Notes: generated by a model not told the origin, from the sequence alone. Positions 1-8,075 are shown, counted from the first letter of the stretch. The stretch: DNA of 32,000 nt from an archaeon (GCA_024275415.1 JAJRZD010000033.1:1-32000), one strand, 5' to 3'. Translations and numbers: made by a program.

Positions 1-299
1 GCATCACCCAGCTCGTCCTTGTTCACATCGAGGACAATAGGGATAGTCCAAGGCGTATTGTCAGCCAATCGCCCCTTCTCTAGTACTGCAATGAAATCCT
101 TCTGGTTAAGGAAGCCCTCAAGAGGACTGAATACACCATAGGCGATATTATCAATCTCCTGTGCATCTTCTTTATCAAGCATTATCTTGTGTAGTATATC
201 GAAGGACTCCAAGAAACGTACTCGTTGTTCGATTGTTGCTTTTCGATCTATCAATTTTCCACCGTGTGCAGGTATCATATTCTTTTCCTCGTTTGACAT
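1..299 (-). CDS. sat: Sulfate adenylyltransferase (ATP sulfurylase), N-terminal part; runs off the left edge
   Basis: Not in the ORF track. Manual translation of the minus strand gives MSNEEKNMIPAHGGKLIDR...EIDNIAYGVFSPLEGFLNQKDF...GRLADNTPWTIPIVLDV. PAHGG, G.FSPLEGF and W.IPI.LDV are Sat hallmarks. Alternative start ATG at 278. Confidence 0.93.
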   Translation of the reverse strand, partial: MSNEEKNMIPAHGGKLIDRKATIEQRVRFLESFDILHKIMLDKEDAQEIDNIAYGVFSPLEGFLNQKDFIAVLEKGRLADNTPWTIPIVLDVNKDELGD

Positions 300-409
300 A
301 AGACACGAATCCTCAAGCTTTTGGCCAAACTTGATACGGATTGGCTCGTATCGTTCTTTCTTGATGAACAGGTATCGTGATCGTCTAGGTTACTCATATC
401 ATCAACTCG

Positions 410-1177
410 CTAACCCACTGGACCGATTAGGACATACACTAGACTTGCAAATCCAATCAGTATTATAGCAGTGGCGACAATTCCTCTCAGATGTTCTTGC
501 TTTAATGACTTAGTTGTAAAGGCAGAAAACGGAGCGGCAGATATCCCTCCTACAGTGATGCCTATTAGGAGCAACAAGTCGTAGTTAATCACCAACAGCC
601 AGTACAAGATAACTCCGACTGCGCAGATGATTCCCTCGACCAGTGCAGTTATCGCAATTGCAGCTCGCGGTTCGACCCCACAAATCATCTGTCCCGCAGT
701 AGATATCGGGCCATACCCCCCTCCTGAAATACCTTTGTTGAAGGCTGCAACTATTCCAATTGTTGCAAGTTTTGATGTCGAGAAAGCCACTTTTCTATGG
801 CCGTTCATCAAGGATAGAAATCCAACGATGATGACAGTCAGAGCGATATAGACTTTCACCACGAGAGTCGGTAGGGTTATGCTTACCATGATGGAAACAA
901 TGACTCCTACTACTCCAGTAGTAGCAAAAATCGCAAGGGAACGTCGTTCTCGTGAATTCGACAGATCCATATTCCTAAATTTGTGGTGGAACAATGATGC
1001 AACCGTAGCGGCAAAAAGCTGACTGAAGAGGATTACTGGAACTATAACAAGAGGATCATATCCAATAATGATAAGGATGGGAGCAAGTGTTGTCCCATAA
1101 CCCATTCCAAGTGTGGCTGCGGCGAATTCAGCCAAGAATGCAATTGTGAAAAGTATTAGAAATACTTGAAGCATCAT
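410..1177 (-). CDS. TSUP family (TauE/SafE) sulfite/sulfur-anion transporter
   Basis: Multi-pass hydrophobic protein with two repeats of the family motifs (LGMGYGTTLAP and GISGGGYGP). Co-oriented directly upstream of sat. Start is probably ATG 1177 or 1174; the ORF extends to GTG 1204. Confidence 0.88.
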   Translation of the reverse strand: MMLQVFLILFTIAFLAEFAAATLGMGYGTTLAPILIIIGYDPLVIVPVILFSQLFAATVASLFHHKFRNMDLSNSRERRSLAIFATTGVVGVIVSIMVSITLPTLVVKVYIALTVIIVGFLSLMNGHRKVAFSTSKLATIGIVAAFNKGISGGGYGPISTAGQMICGVEPRAAIAITALVEGIICAVGVILYWLLVINYDLLLLIGITVGGISAAPFSAFTTKSLKQEHLRGIVATAIILIGFASLVYVLIGPVG

Positions 1178-1235
1178 ACGCCCCTCAGAATGGTTGGTTC
1201 TCACCTGTCAATTTCGCCCCTCGGTTAATTAATTG

Positions 1236-1250
1236 TAATTAAACCTTTCT
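1236..1250 (-). promoter_or_regulatory. Candidate BRE/TATA promoter for the tauE-sat unit
   Basis: Minus strand reads AGAAAGG-TTTAATTA about 30-60 bp upstream of the possible starts. It lies inside an imperfect AT-rich palindrome at 1223-1245. Confidence 0.4.
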
Positions 1251-1278
1251 GTGTTCCGGTCATTGAGATAGGCTCCTA

Positions 1279-1363
1279 GCAGAAGACCTGAAGGATAGCA
1301 ATCCTCATGGTATGATGGATTGATGTGGGCAAGAACACGAAATCATCATACCAGTTCTTCTGC
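1279..1363. ncRNA. Candidate structured RNA or DNA element (three-way junction) in a divergent intergenic region
   Basis: Pairings read by eye: 1279-1286 with 1356-1363 (8 bp); hairpin 1289-1307; 1308-1317 with 1344-1353 (10 bp perfect, extendable). The stems abut with almost no linker. Confidence 0.35.
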
Positions 1364-1478
1364 AAATTTGTGACGCTTGGTATTCAAATTGCTAATGTGC
1401 GCATAACAAGCTAAATAGTATGCGATAGAATGAAATACTATATATCATAGCTCAATCAGAGGTATTCGCTAGGAGAGG

Positions 1479-2057
1479 ATGCACATGTCTAGAGCAAAGA
1501 AGGATACACGACCTCGGAAAAGGAAAGAGGAAACCAAAGAGATCATTAGTGTCACTATCAGCCTCCCAATAAAGAAAAGGATTGACGATCTGGTCGAAGC
1601 TGGTGTTGCAAGGTCGCGAGCACAGCTTATCGAGGATGCGATGAACATCTATTTGGAGTTGAATGTTGATAAGTGGACTGACCGCGGGATCTATGTAGAT
1701 GATGTACGAGTCCTTCTGATGCCAGAAACCATCTCATCCCTATTCTTCTCCACACTCACTCCCGAGCAGCAGTATGAGATTGGAATCACGGCAGGGAGGC
1801 AAGCTCCTGAAGCAGATGTCCTGACCATAAAACATCGAATGGATCCAAGAAGCCCAAAAAGCCGAGAGAAACTATTCGAGATCCTGAAGAAATCTGGCTG
1901 GGGCGAGATCACTCCTAACGAAGATCTGATAGTCATCGGAAGTCCCTTCTATCCAGCATCGTTCATACGGGGTTACCTTGAGGCATTGATGGGTGTCAAA
2001 TTGGAGTTTATGGAAACCAATGTGAAGGACAATGTGGTATTGAGAATTCTTGAATGA
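1479..2057 (+). CDS. Ribbon-helix-helix (CopG/Arc-like) regulator fused to a V4R-like ligand-binding domain
   Basis: N-terminal ISVTISLPIKKRIDDLVEAGVARSRAQLIEDAM is an RHH pattern. C-terminal YEIGITAGR, GWGEI and FIRGYLEALMG are V4R-type motifs. TATA-like TATATAT at about 1439-1445. Confidence 0.7.
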   Translation: MHMSRAKKDTRPRKRKEETKEIISVTISLPIKKRIDDLVEAGVARSRAQLIEDAMNIYLELNVDKWTDRGIYVDDVRVLLMPETISSLFFSTLTPEQQYEIGITAGRQAPEADVLTIKHRMDPRSPKSREKLFEILKKSGWGEITPNEDLIVIGSPFYPASFIRGYLEALMGVKLEFMETNVKDNVVLRILE

Positions 2058-2058
2058 T

Positions 2059-2514
2059 CTACCATCCTTTTCCAATCTCAAGCACTTCGAACTCGCTCTC
2101 GAAGAGACCTGGAATGCTGTCAATAGTACTCCTGATGCGTGCCTCCTTCTCCTCGATGTTATCGGTTTCAAAGAAGACCTCATACACACATCGGTTCTGT
2201 TCGAAGCAAAATCCTGTTGTGAACAGGACTTTCAGGTCATGCTGTTTGAACAGTTGAGTCATGATCTGCATGAGGGCCGGATTCACTTTTTCGACTTCGA
2301 GCCTGACTCTTGCCCCTCCCATCTTCATCATAGGAATAAGCCTGATCTCCCCCGAACGTTCGAAGTATATCACCATGGCAGCCTTCATCTCGGCCAGTAT
2401 CGGATTCTTGAAGAAAACATCGGGTAGAGTTATCTGTTTCTCCTTTCGTACGTCCGCAATCATTCCCTTTGTTAGTCCAGCCAAGCGAATCGCCTCGTCC
2501 CGTATATCAAACAT
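2059..2514 (-). CDS. Hypothetical protein, putative AbrB/SpoVT-like N-terminus plus ACT-like C-terminal domain
   Basis: MIADVRKEKQITLP resembles the AbrB start (V...GQITIP). The C-terminal ~80 aa has an ACT-like alternating pattern with TTGFCFEQNRCVYEVFFE. Convergent with the RHH-V4R gene across a 1-bp gap. Confidence 0.5.
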   Translation of the reverse strand: MFDIRDEAIRLAGLTKGMIADVRKEKQITLPDVFFKNPILAEMKAAMVIYFERSGEIRLIPMMKMGGARVRLEVEKVNPALMQIMTQLFKQHDLKVLFTTGFCFEQNRCVYEVFFETDNIEEKEARIRSTIDSIPGLFESEFEVLEIGKGW

Positions 2515-2560
2515 TGCCCATGGGACTATTTGAAACTATCTTTGCTGTTATCATGTCAGG

Positions 2561-2589
2561 TTTTGCGTATTTTTTCGGAAACGCATAAA
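2561..2589. promoter_or_regulatory. Inverted repeat, candidate operator between divergent genes
   Basis: TTTTGCGT-N12-ACGCATAAA, with core TGCGT 2564-2568 and ACGCA 2581-2585 and matching T/A flanks, adjacent to TATA-like ATAAATTTAT. Confidence 0.35.
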
Positions 2590-2635
2590 TTTATCCATAG
2601 ACGAATAGGCATATGACCTAGCGGAGGACAATCTC

Positions 2636-2758
2636 ATGGCAAAAGAAGGAGCTACCTATGTTTGTGATATCTGCCAACAAGTCGTTGTTGTACAAAAGGC
2701 TGGTGCTGGCACTCTAGTGTGCTGCAATCAGCCCATGCGAGAATATACTGGGGACTGA
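2636..2758 (+). CDS. Stand-alone desulforedoxin (desulfoferrodoxin N-terminal Fe(Cys)4 domain), 40 aa
   Basis: Below the ORF-track cutoff. MAKEGATYVCDICQQVVVVQKAGAGTLVCCNQPMREYTGD has the CxxC...G.G.L.CC..PM signature. Ribosome-binding site GGAGG at 2623-2627. Confidence 0.92.
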   Translation: MAKEGATYVCDICQQVVVVQKAGAGTLVCCNQPMREYTGD

Positions 2759-2860
2759 CCGCAATCAGCTGTCCGTGTTTGGCATGGATGGGGCAGCACC
2801 TCGTTGACGCTTGGCAATGCTTATATGCCATAAGAAAAGCAAGCCATTTCAGCACCTAGG

Positions 2861-3430
2861 GTGAATACTTTGGTCGAGCTTCCTGAGATTATTATCAAGA
2901 CACGCAAACTTCTCACTCTGAGAAGTTACGAGGTTAATGAGCTATTGGAATATGAGAATCGCTGGGTGATGTTTCCTACAAGAAAAGTAAAGGACATGAT
3001 TGTGAAAAAGGTGGTCTGGATATTCAAGGAGCCGAAAGTCGTCGGTGTTGCACTGATTCGTGACCTCGTACGGGCAATGGAAGAGAACGAAGCTCAGGAA
3101 GGTATGCTCGTTGGGGGGATCAGATTCACGCCAGCGGCCAAGAAGCAGGCTCGCCAATCAAGAGTCGAGCTTGTTGAAGGTGGTTATGCATCATTCGACC
3201 TTTTTGGGCACGAGCTTGTTCCTATGCATGTCATTGCTTCAGAGGATGAAGTATCAATGGTACTGGATCACTATGGGATAAAGAAGACACAGCTTCCAAG
3301 GATTGCACGAGAGGATCCCGCTGCACGTGTCTTGGGTGCAAGAATTGGGCAAGTCTTACGTATAGAGCGAGATAGCCAGACCGCAGGAAAGGTCTACTAT
3401 TACAGGCTGGTCGTCGATCCAGGGCGCTAA
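2861..3430 (+). CDS. rpo5: DNA-directed RNA polymerase subunit Rpo5 (RpoH), long form with an RPB5-like N-terminal domain
   Basis: C-terminal HELVPMH...LPRIAREDPAARVLGARIGQVLRIERDSQTAGKVYYYRLVV is the Rpo5/RPB5 signature. A ~110 aa N-terminal extension carries VVGVALIRDL...GMLV...FTPAAKK. GTG start. Confidence 0.95.
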   Translation: MNTLVELPEIIIKTRKLLTLRSYEVNELLEYENRWVMFPTRKVKDMIVKKVVWIFKEPKVVGVALIRDLVRAMEENEAQEGMLVGGIRFTPAAKKQARQSRVELVEGGYASFDLFGHELVPMHVIASEDEVSMVLDHYGIKKTQLPRIAREDPAARVLGARIGQVLRIERDSQTAGKVYYYRLVVDPGR

Positions 3431-4197
3431 AATACGACAATTCCTAACATGACTCCCAACAATAGCATAATGATACAGGTTGTATAAGGCAATAGGATAT
3501 TGTCTGTACCTTTTGGGCTGACCAGTTCGACCAGGGTAGCAGTCACACTGCCAACGAACGCCAAGATGAATATCTCGTTCCATAGGATTGTTCCGCTAGG
3601 AGCAAGTGTGCCATAGTTGAGGACTCCGAAGAACCAGAAGGCAAGCAGCGCTCCAAGAAACGAGAAGATAAACAGTGCTGCTGACCCATGTAGGCTTCTT
3701 TTAGACCCTAGGATTGTCCGTGTGTAGTTTTTGCCGTATTTCATGCCAACTGGTGCGGACATCCCGTCACCAAACATCATCATCTGGATTGCCGCTGCTG
3801 CTATGAAATAGATCTCGTTCAGTTGGAGGAATGTGAATATGCCTGTCAGAACCGTTATCGATACCGCATACCAGAATGGCCCCCTGACACTGCCATGCTC
3901 CAAGTCCTCGGGTCTGGCCATTGCTGAGAAGAATTTGCTAAAACGCTCATTGTTTGCCATGAGAAGGAAGACGGCAAATAGAAGCGCAACAACCGTCGCC
4001 CACCACGAGTGTGTATAGTAGGGAACAGTCCATATGGCTAGACCCGCGAAAAGGTGTACAATCTTTCTTGTGAAGTCGGATCCCATGTTGAGCTTTCTTC
4101 TTGCCACATCGGCAATGGTCAGAACGAGGACCGCATAGATCACCGCGATGAGGAACACTATAATATCGATTGGTGTCAGGAGAAGGTTCAGTTGCAT
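3427..4197 (-). CDS. Polyprenol kinase of the phytol kinase VTE5 / dolichol kinase Sec59 (CTP_transf_1) family
   Basis: Membrane protein with FTRKIVH, GDGMSAPVG, SKRSLHGS and VEL.SPKGTDNILLP motifs. Confidence 0.85.
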   Translation of the reverse strand: MQLNLLLTPIDIIVFLIAVIYAVLVLTIADVARRKLNMGSDFTRKIVHLFAGLAIWTVPYYTHSWWATVVALLFAVFLLMANNERFSKFFSAMARPEDLEHGSVRGPFWYAVSITVLTGIFTFLQLNEIYFIAAAAIQMMMFGDGMSAPVGMKYGKNYTRTILGSKRSLHGSAALFIFSFLGALLAFWFFGVLNYGTLAPSGTILWNEIFILAFVGSVTATLVELVSPKGTDNILLPYTTCIIMLLLGVMLGIVVF

Positions 4198-4261
4198 CTC
4201 ATCTCAACCTAGGACAGTCTTGAGAGGAAAGCAGGGAATATACTTATCGGCTGGTTCCGAA

Positions 4262-5098
4262 TCAGGTTTTGACATCACGGATTCTGGCATGGGACACGCT
4301 TTGAAGGTTTTTGATGGCGTCCTTCACTTTCTGTTTGACCTCTTCTTCATCATCGCTTCTACAGGATACCCAGACTCTCATCACCCTTGTTGAACCATAC
4401 CTCTTGGGCAACGACTTGATCCAGATGCCTGGAAACTCGGTCATGACCTCATCAATGTACGGTGAGAATGTAGACTCATCGATGACCTCGAATTCTACAA
4501 TCTCTTGGTAGTACCTTCCAACGACATGATTCTTTAGCCACGGCTCAACGCTGCTCTTCCAGATGTCCTTCAGTTCTGCCGGCACACCTGGCAGACAGAA
4601 GATTGTGCTCTTGCCCACCCTCAACATGACTCCTGGGGCTCCTCCAACTCTATTATCGAGGGGAACTGATCCCTTTGGTATGTGAGCCATTTTCCTTCTG
4701 GATTCAGTAAGGTCACCATTGGAGATGATACCCCTCTCATGAAGTAGTCTATATTGTCTTTCTACAATGGCCAACGCCTCTGGGTTTTCCTCAAGTTCCA
4801 ATCCAAGATGCGATGCGATAGCCTTCAGTGTCATATCATCATGGGTCGGACCCAGACCACCCGATGTAACAACCACATCGCAATGGTCAGTGAGGAAATC
4901 CAGCCCTGACCCTATTTCCTCTAACTCGTCACGAACAGAAACCACTCTTCGTACTTCGACCCCAAGTTCGACAAATCTCTGTTCCATCCAATTCGCATTC
5001 GTATCGAGGACAATGCCGTCTAATACCTCATTCCCGATTATCAGGATTCCTGCTTTCAGACTTGGTTGTTCCATTGAGATGGTCTCCCTGTCATTCAT
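4262..5098 (-). CDS. CinA-like molybdopterin-binding-domain protein without an NMN deamidase domain
   Basis: IGNEVLDG..LDTN, GGLGPTHDDMT and LPGVPAE motifs. Start uncertain (5110, 5098 or 5074); 5098 overlaps the HD gene stop. Confidence 0.88.
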   Translation of the reverse strand: MNDRETISMEQPSLKAGILIIGNEVLDGIVLDTNANWMEQRFVELGVEVRRVVSVRDELEEIGSGLDFLTDHCDVVVTSGGLGPTHDDMTLKAIASHLGLELEENPEALAIVERQYRLLHERGIISNGDLTESRRKMAHIPKGSVPLDNRVGGAPGVMLRVGKSTIFCLPGVPAELKDIWKSSVEPWLKNHVVGRYYQEIVEFEVIDESTFSPYIDEVMTEFPGIWIKSLPKRYGSTRVMRVWVSCRSDDEEEVKQKVKDAIKNLQSVSHARIRDVKT

Positions 5099-5732
5099 TT
5101 GGCTTTTCATACTCGAACATGGCTGACATAGCGCGCAGGTTGTTTAATCGCTCGTCTGCCATCTTGCGGGCTGGCTCAGTGTGCATACTTCGTGCAATAT
5201 CCTCAGCGAGAGGCAGGAAATCCTTAATGGTTCTTGCAATTGCGTCCAGTAACATTCCCGGCCTCATACGAATACCATTTATGATATAATGCACGAAGCC
5301 TGTCACTCCTAATTTCGTTAATTTGTCCGCCTCCCAAACCACCTGTGCCTCCAGTGGTTCCAATGGCGATTCCAGAGTCAATCCAACATGCTTCACTATC
5401 ACATCTGTCACTTTCTCGATGGTTTCATGTCTAATGCCATATGACTGCATGATGGTTCGTGCTATCTTTGCACTTTCTATCCCGTGATCTTTCACTCCCC
5501 CTAAACCTGGCTTCGCAATATCATGTAGCCAAGCCGATAGAATGATTATTTCCATGTCCGCTTCCAGACTCATCCCGATTCTCTTGGCTAATTCCACCAC
5601 TTGGCATACGTGGTCGTACCTATAGTCGAAGAGAGGCTCTTGCGAATCGCGTTGAGCACTGGTCCATTCTTCACGAGCAGCAATTCTAGTCTGTTCCCTG
5701 ACCACATGGGATAGAATGTCCTCTGGTATCAT
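5091..5732 (-). CDS. HD-domain metal-dependent phosphohydrolase
   Basis: YRYDHV...WLHDIAK...KHVG...EADKL. True start is probably ATG 5732; the 5840 extension overlaps tatD out of frame. Confidence 0.88.
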   Translation of the reverse strand: MIPEDILSHVVREQTRIAAREEWTSAQRDSQEPLFDYRYDHVCQVVELAKRIGMSLEADMEIIILSAWLHDIAKPGLGGVKDHGIESAKIARTIMQSYGIRHETIEKVTDVIVKHVGLTLESPLEPLEAQVVWEADKLTKLGVTGFVHYIINGIRMRPGMLLDAIARTIKDFLPLAEDIARSMHTEPARKMADERLNNLRAMSAMFEYEKPNE

Positions 5733-5766
5733 CTTGAGTGACCTGTGGGTCGGTTTGAGTATAAGA

Positions 5767-6534
5767 CTATCGTGATGAAGCAATGTTTCTGTACAGGTTG
5801 AGTGTGTTCTCAAGGATGATCTGCTGCATCTCCTCCTCATCCCTTCTTAGAATCCGGGCAATCTCTTTAATCGCAATAGGGAGATTTGAAGGCTCATTCC
5901 GAGTCCCTCTAACCGCGGAAAGCACTGGACTATCTGTTTCAACAAGGATTCTTTCGATATCAAGAGCTTTGACAAGCTTCTGTTTCTGAGGAGAACGAAC
6001 CACTGACGTGGGAATCGAGAAGTAGTAGTCTAACTCTCGCGATGCAACCCTCGCGAAACTCGCCCTCCCATCAAAGGCATGCATATGGACAGATGACGCA
6101 CCATTCTTCTCTAGTATCTCTAGGCATCTTTTTCCTGCTGATCGAGAGTGTATCTGTAGGGGGAGCCCAGTTTCGATTGCGAAATGAATCGCAGACACGA
6201 AATTCCTTTCCTGCAAGTTTCTCTGTGAATGATCCCGTTCGCGATAATAATCCAGCCCGACCTCTCCCACTGCAATAATTTCGCTTCGATGGGTTCGTAT
6301 GAAGTTTATCATTTCTCCAGTGAATTCACTTTGCATGGGGTCTAATCCTATTGATGCGTACACATTAGAGGCTGCTTTTGAGATGGATAGGGTTCTTTCC
6401 CAATCGCTTGGGGCTATCCCAGATGATATGCAGCAAATCCCACCTTCCTGCGCTCGCTGAATCACTTCATTAAGGTCTACTACAAAGTCATCCTGTTCAA
6501 GGTGGCAATGAGTGTCAATCATACACATGTTCAT
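5767..6534 (-). CDS. tatD: TatD family hydrolase/DNase
   Basis: DTHCHL, GEVGLDY, HSR, HAF and ETDSP motifs. Confidence 0.95.
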   Translation of the reverse strand: MNMCMIDTHCHLEQDDFVVDLNEVIQRAQEGGICCISSGIAPSDWERTLSISKAASNVYASIGLDPMQSEFTGEMINFIRTHRSEIIAVGEVGLDYYRERDHSQRNLQERNFVSAIHFAIETGLPLQIHSRSAGKRCLEILEKNGASSVHMHAFDGRASFARVASRELDYYFSIPTSVVRSPQKQKLVKALDIERILVETDSPVLSAVRGTRNEPSNLPIAIKEIARILRRDEEEMQQIILENTLNLYRNIASSR

Positions 6535-6686
6535 TGGTCAGACCTTTTCCTATTAAGATGGAATCTGCAATCCGAATGGGATAAGCCTATTGGTGCATTG
6601 GCAGTAACATTACAAAACCATTAATTAGACTCAAGATGCTTCTGCAACCTGTTCAGGTAACCACCTATTCGGGTCTTGATAAAACC

Positions 6687-7301
6687 ATGATTACAATTAT
6701 CGATTATGGTATGGGAAACTTGGGTTCGATACAAAACATGCTGAAGCGGATGAACTTTGAAGCTGAGATAACCTCTGATCTTGACCGTATCGTAGATGCC
6801 GAGAAGCTGATCCTCCCCGGAGTGGGGGCATTTGACCATGCTATGACGAGTCTGGATGAACGAGGAATGATTCCGCTGCTGAATGACTTGGTGGTGCGAA
6901 AGAAAGTACCTATCTTGGGCATTTGTCTTGGGATGCAACTTCTTTCAAAGAGAAGTGAGGAAGGTGAGCTTGAGGGCTTCGGATGGATTGATGCTGAAAC
7001 CATCCGTTTTAAGATCCCTCCAGATGCAGGACTTCGGATTCCCCACATGGGGTGGAATACCCTCATTATAAAGAAGGACTCTCCACTCTTCGAGGATATG
7101 TACGATGAACCCCGGTTCTATTTTGTTCATTCGTATCATGTATGTTGCGCTTCCGAACAGGATGTGTTGGCTGTAACAACTCATGGAATCGAGTTCACAT
7201 CTGCTGTGATGCATGACAACATATTTGGGTTGCAGTTCCACCCTGAAAAGAGCCACAAGTTTGGGATGAAGGTACTGAATAATTATGCGGAGCTAGTTTG
7301 A
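6687..7301 (+). CDS. hisH: Glutamine amidotransferase, HisH-like (glycan acetamidino type, AglY/WbuY-like)
   Basis: IIDYGMGN, LILPGVGAF, GICLGMQ (catalytic Cys), PHMGWN, YFVHSY and FHPEKS. Clustered with WbuX, so probably for glycan modification rather than histidine synthesis. Confidence 0.93.
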   Translation: MITIIDYGMGNLGSIQNMLKRMNFEAEITSDLDRIVDAEKLILPGVGAFDHAMTSLDERGMIPLLNDLVVRKKVPILGICLGMQLLSKRSEEGELEGFGWIDAETIRFKIPPDAGLRIPHMGWNTLIIKKDSPLFEDMYDEPRFYFVHSYHVCCASEQDVLAVTTHGIEFTSAVMHDNIFGLQFHPEKSHKFGMKVLNNYAELV

Positions 7302-8059
7302 TGCTTAGAACAAGAGTCATTCCCTGTCTTCTGTTAAAGGGCAGAGGACTTGTCAAGACGGTGAAGTTCCGAGATCCTGTCTATGTTGGAGACCCCATAA
7401 ACGCTGTACGGATATTCAACGATAAAGAGGTTGACGAACTCGTCTTCCTCGATATCACAGCAACTATCGAGAAACGTCCTCCCCAGTTCGATTTAATTGG
7501 TGACATTGCCACGGAGTGCTTCATGCCATTTGGCATTGGTGGTGGCATTCATGATATCGAAACAGCAAATAGGTTGCTTAAGATGGGCTCCGAGAAAGTC
7601 ATATTCAATTCAGCCGCTACTGATTTGAACCTGATACGCGAAGCAGCCAATCTTTTTGGCAGTCAAAGCGTTGTCGCATCGATAGACGTGAAACGGAGCA
7701 GATTTGGGAAATATCAAGTCTACACACACTCTGGACGAGTGAACACGAAGAAAGATCCTGTCGAATTCGCAAAGGAACTGGAAAGTGCTGGGGCAGGTGA
7801 GATATTCTTGAATTCTATCGATCGGGACGGCACAATGATTGGTTATGACATCCAATTGCTCAAGTCAGTGACAGAATCCATCAACATACCCGTTGTAGCC
7901 TGTGGAGGTGCAGGAAAGCTGGATGATTTTAGGGAAGCAGTAATAAATGGTGGAGCATCAGCTGTTGCAGCCGGGAGCATGTTCGTGTTTCATGGCCCCC
8001 ATAGAGCTGTATTAATTAACTATCCTACTCAAGAGCAACTCAAACAGTATCTCAACTAG
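7301..8059 (+). CDS. hisF: AglZ/HisF2 family cyclase-like subunit for acetamidino modification
   Basis: RVIPCLLL..GLVKTVKF..P.YVGDPINAVRIFN.KEVDEL and SIDRDGT..GYD. The C-terminal GSMFVFHGPHRAVLINYP is typical of the glycan-associated HisF2. Start overlaps the hisH stop. Confidence 0.93.
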   Translation: MLRTRVIPCLLLKGRGLVKTVKFRDPVYVGDPINAVRIFNDKEVDELVFLDITATIEKRPPQFDLIGDIATECFMPFGIGGGIHDIETANRLLKMGSEKVIFNSAATDLNLIREAANLFGSQSVVASIDVKRSRFGKYQVYTHSGRVNTKKDPVEFAKELESAGAGEIFLNSIDRDGTMIGYDIQLLKSVTESINIPVVACGGAGKLDDFREAVINGGASAVAAGSMFVFHGPHRAVLINYPTQEQLKQYLN

Positions 8060-8075
8060 CACACGAGGGAAGAAA

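Noticed and set aside
1308-1353. Intergenic stem read as SECIS, hammerhead ribozyme, C/D box RNA or tRNA-Sec
   Set aside because: The AUGA segment is Watson-Crick paired rather than forming a GA quartet. CUGANGA is not in register with the GAAA. There is no properly ordered C and D box pair, and no T-arm or anticodon arm.
5733-5840. N-terminal extension of the HD protein
   Set aside because: It overlaps the tatD 3' end in another frame and has non-coding-like composition; ATG 5732 is more plausible.
6687-8059. hisH/hisF read as a histidine biosynthesis operon
   Set aside because: No other his genes are present. They are coupled to WbuX and neuA, and the HisF C-terminus is of the glycan-associated type.
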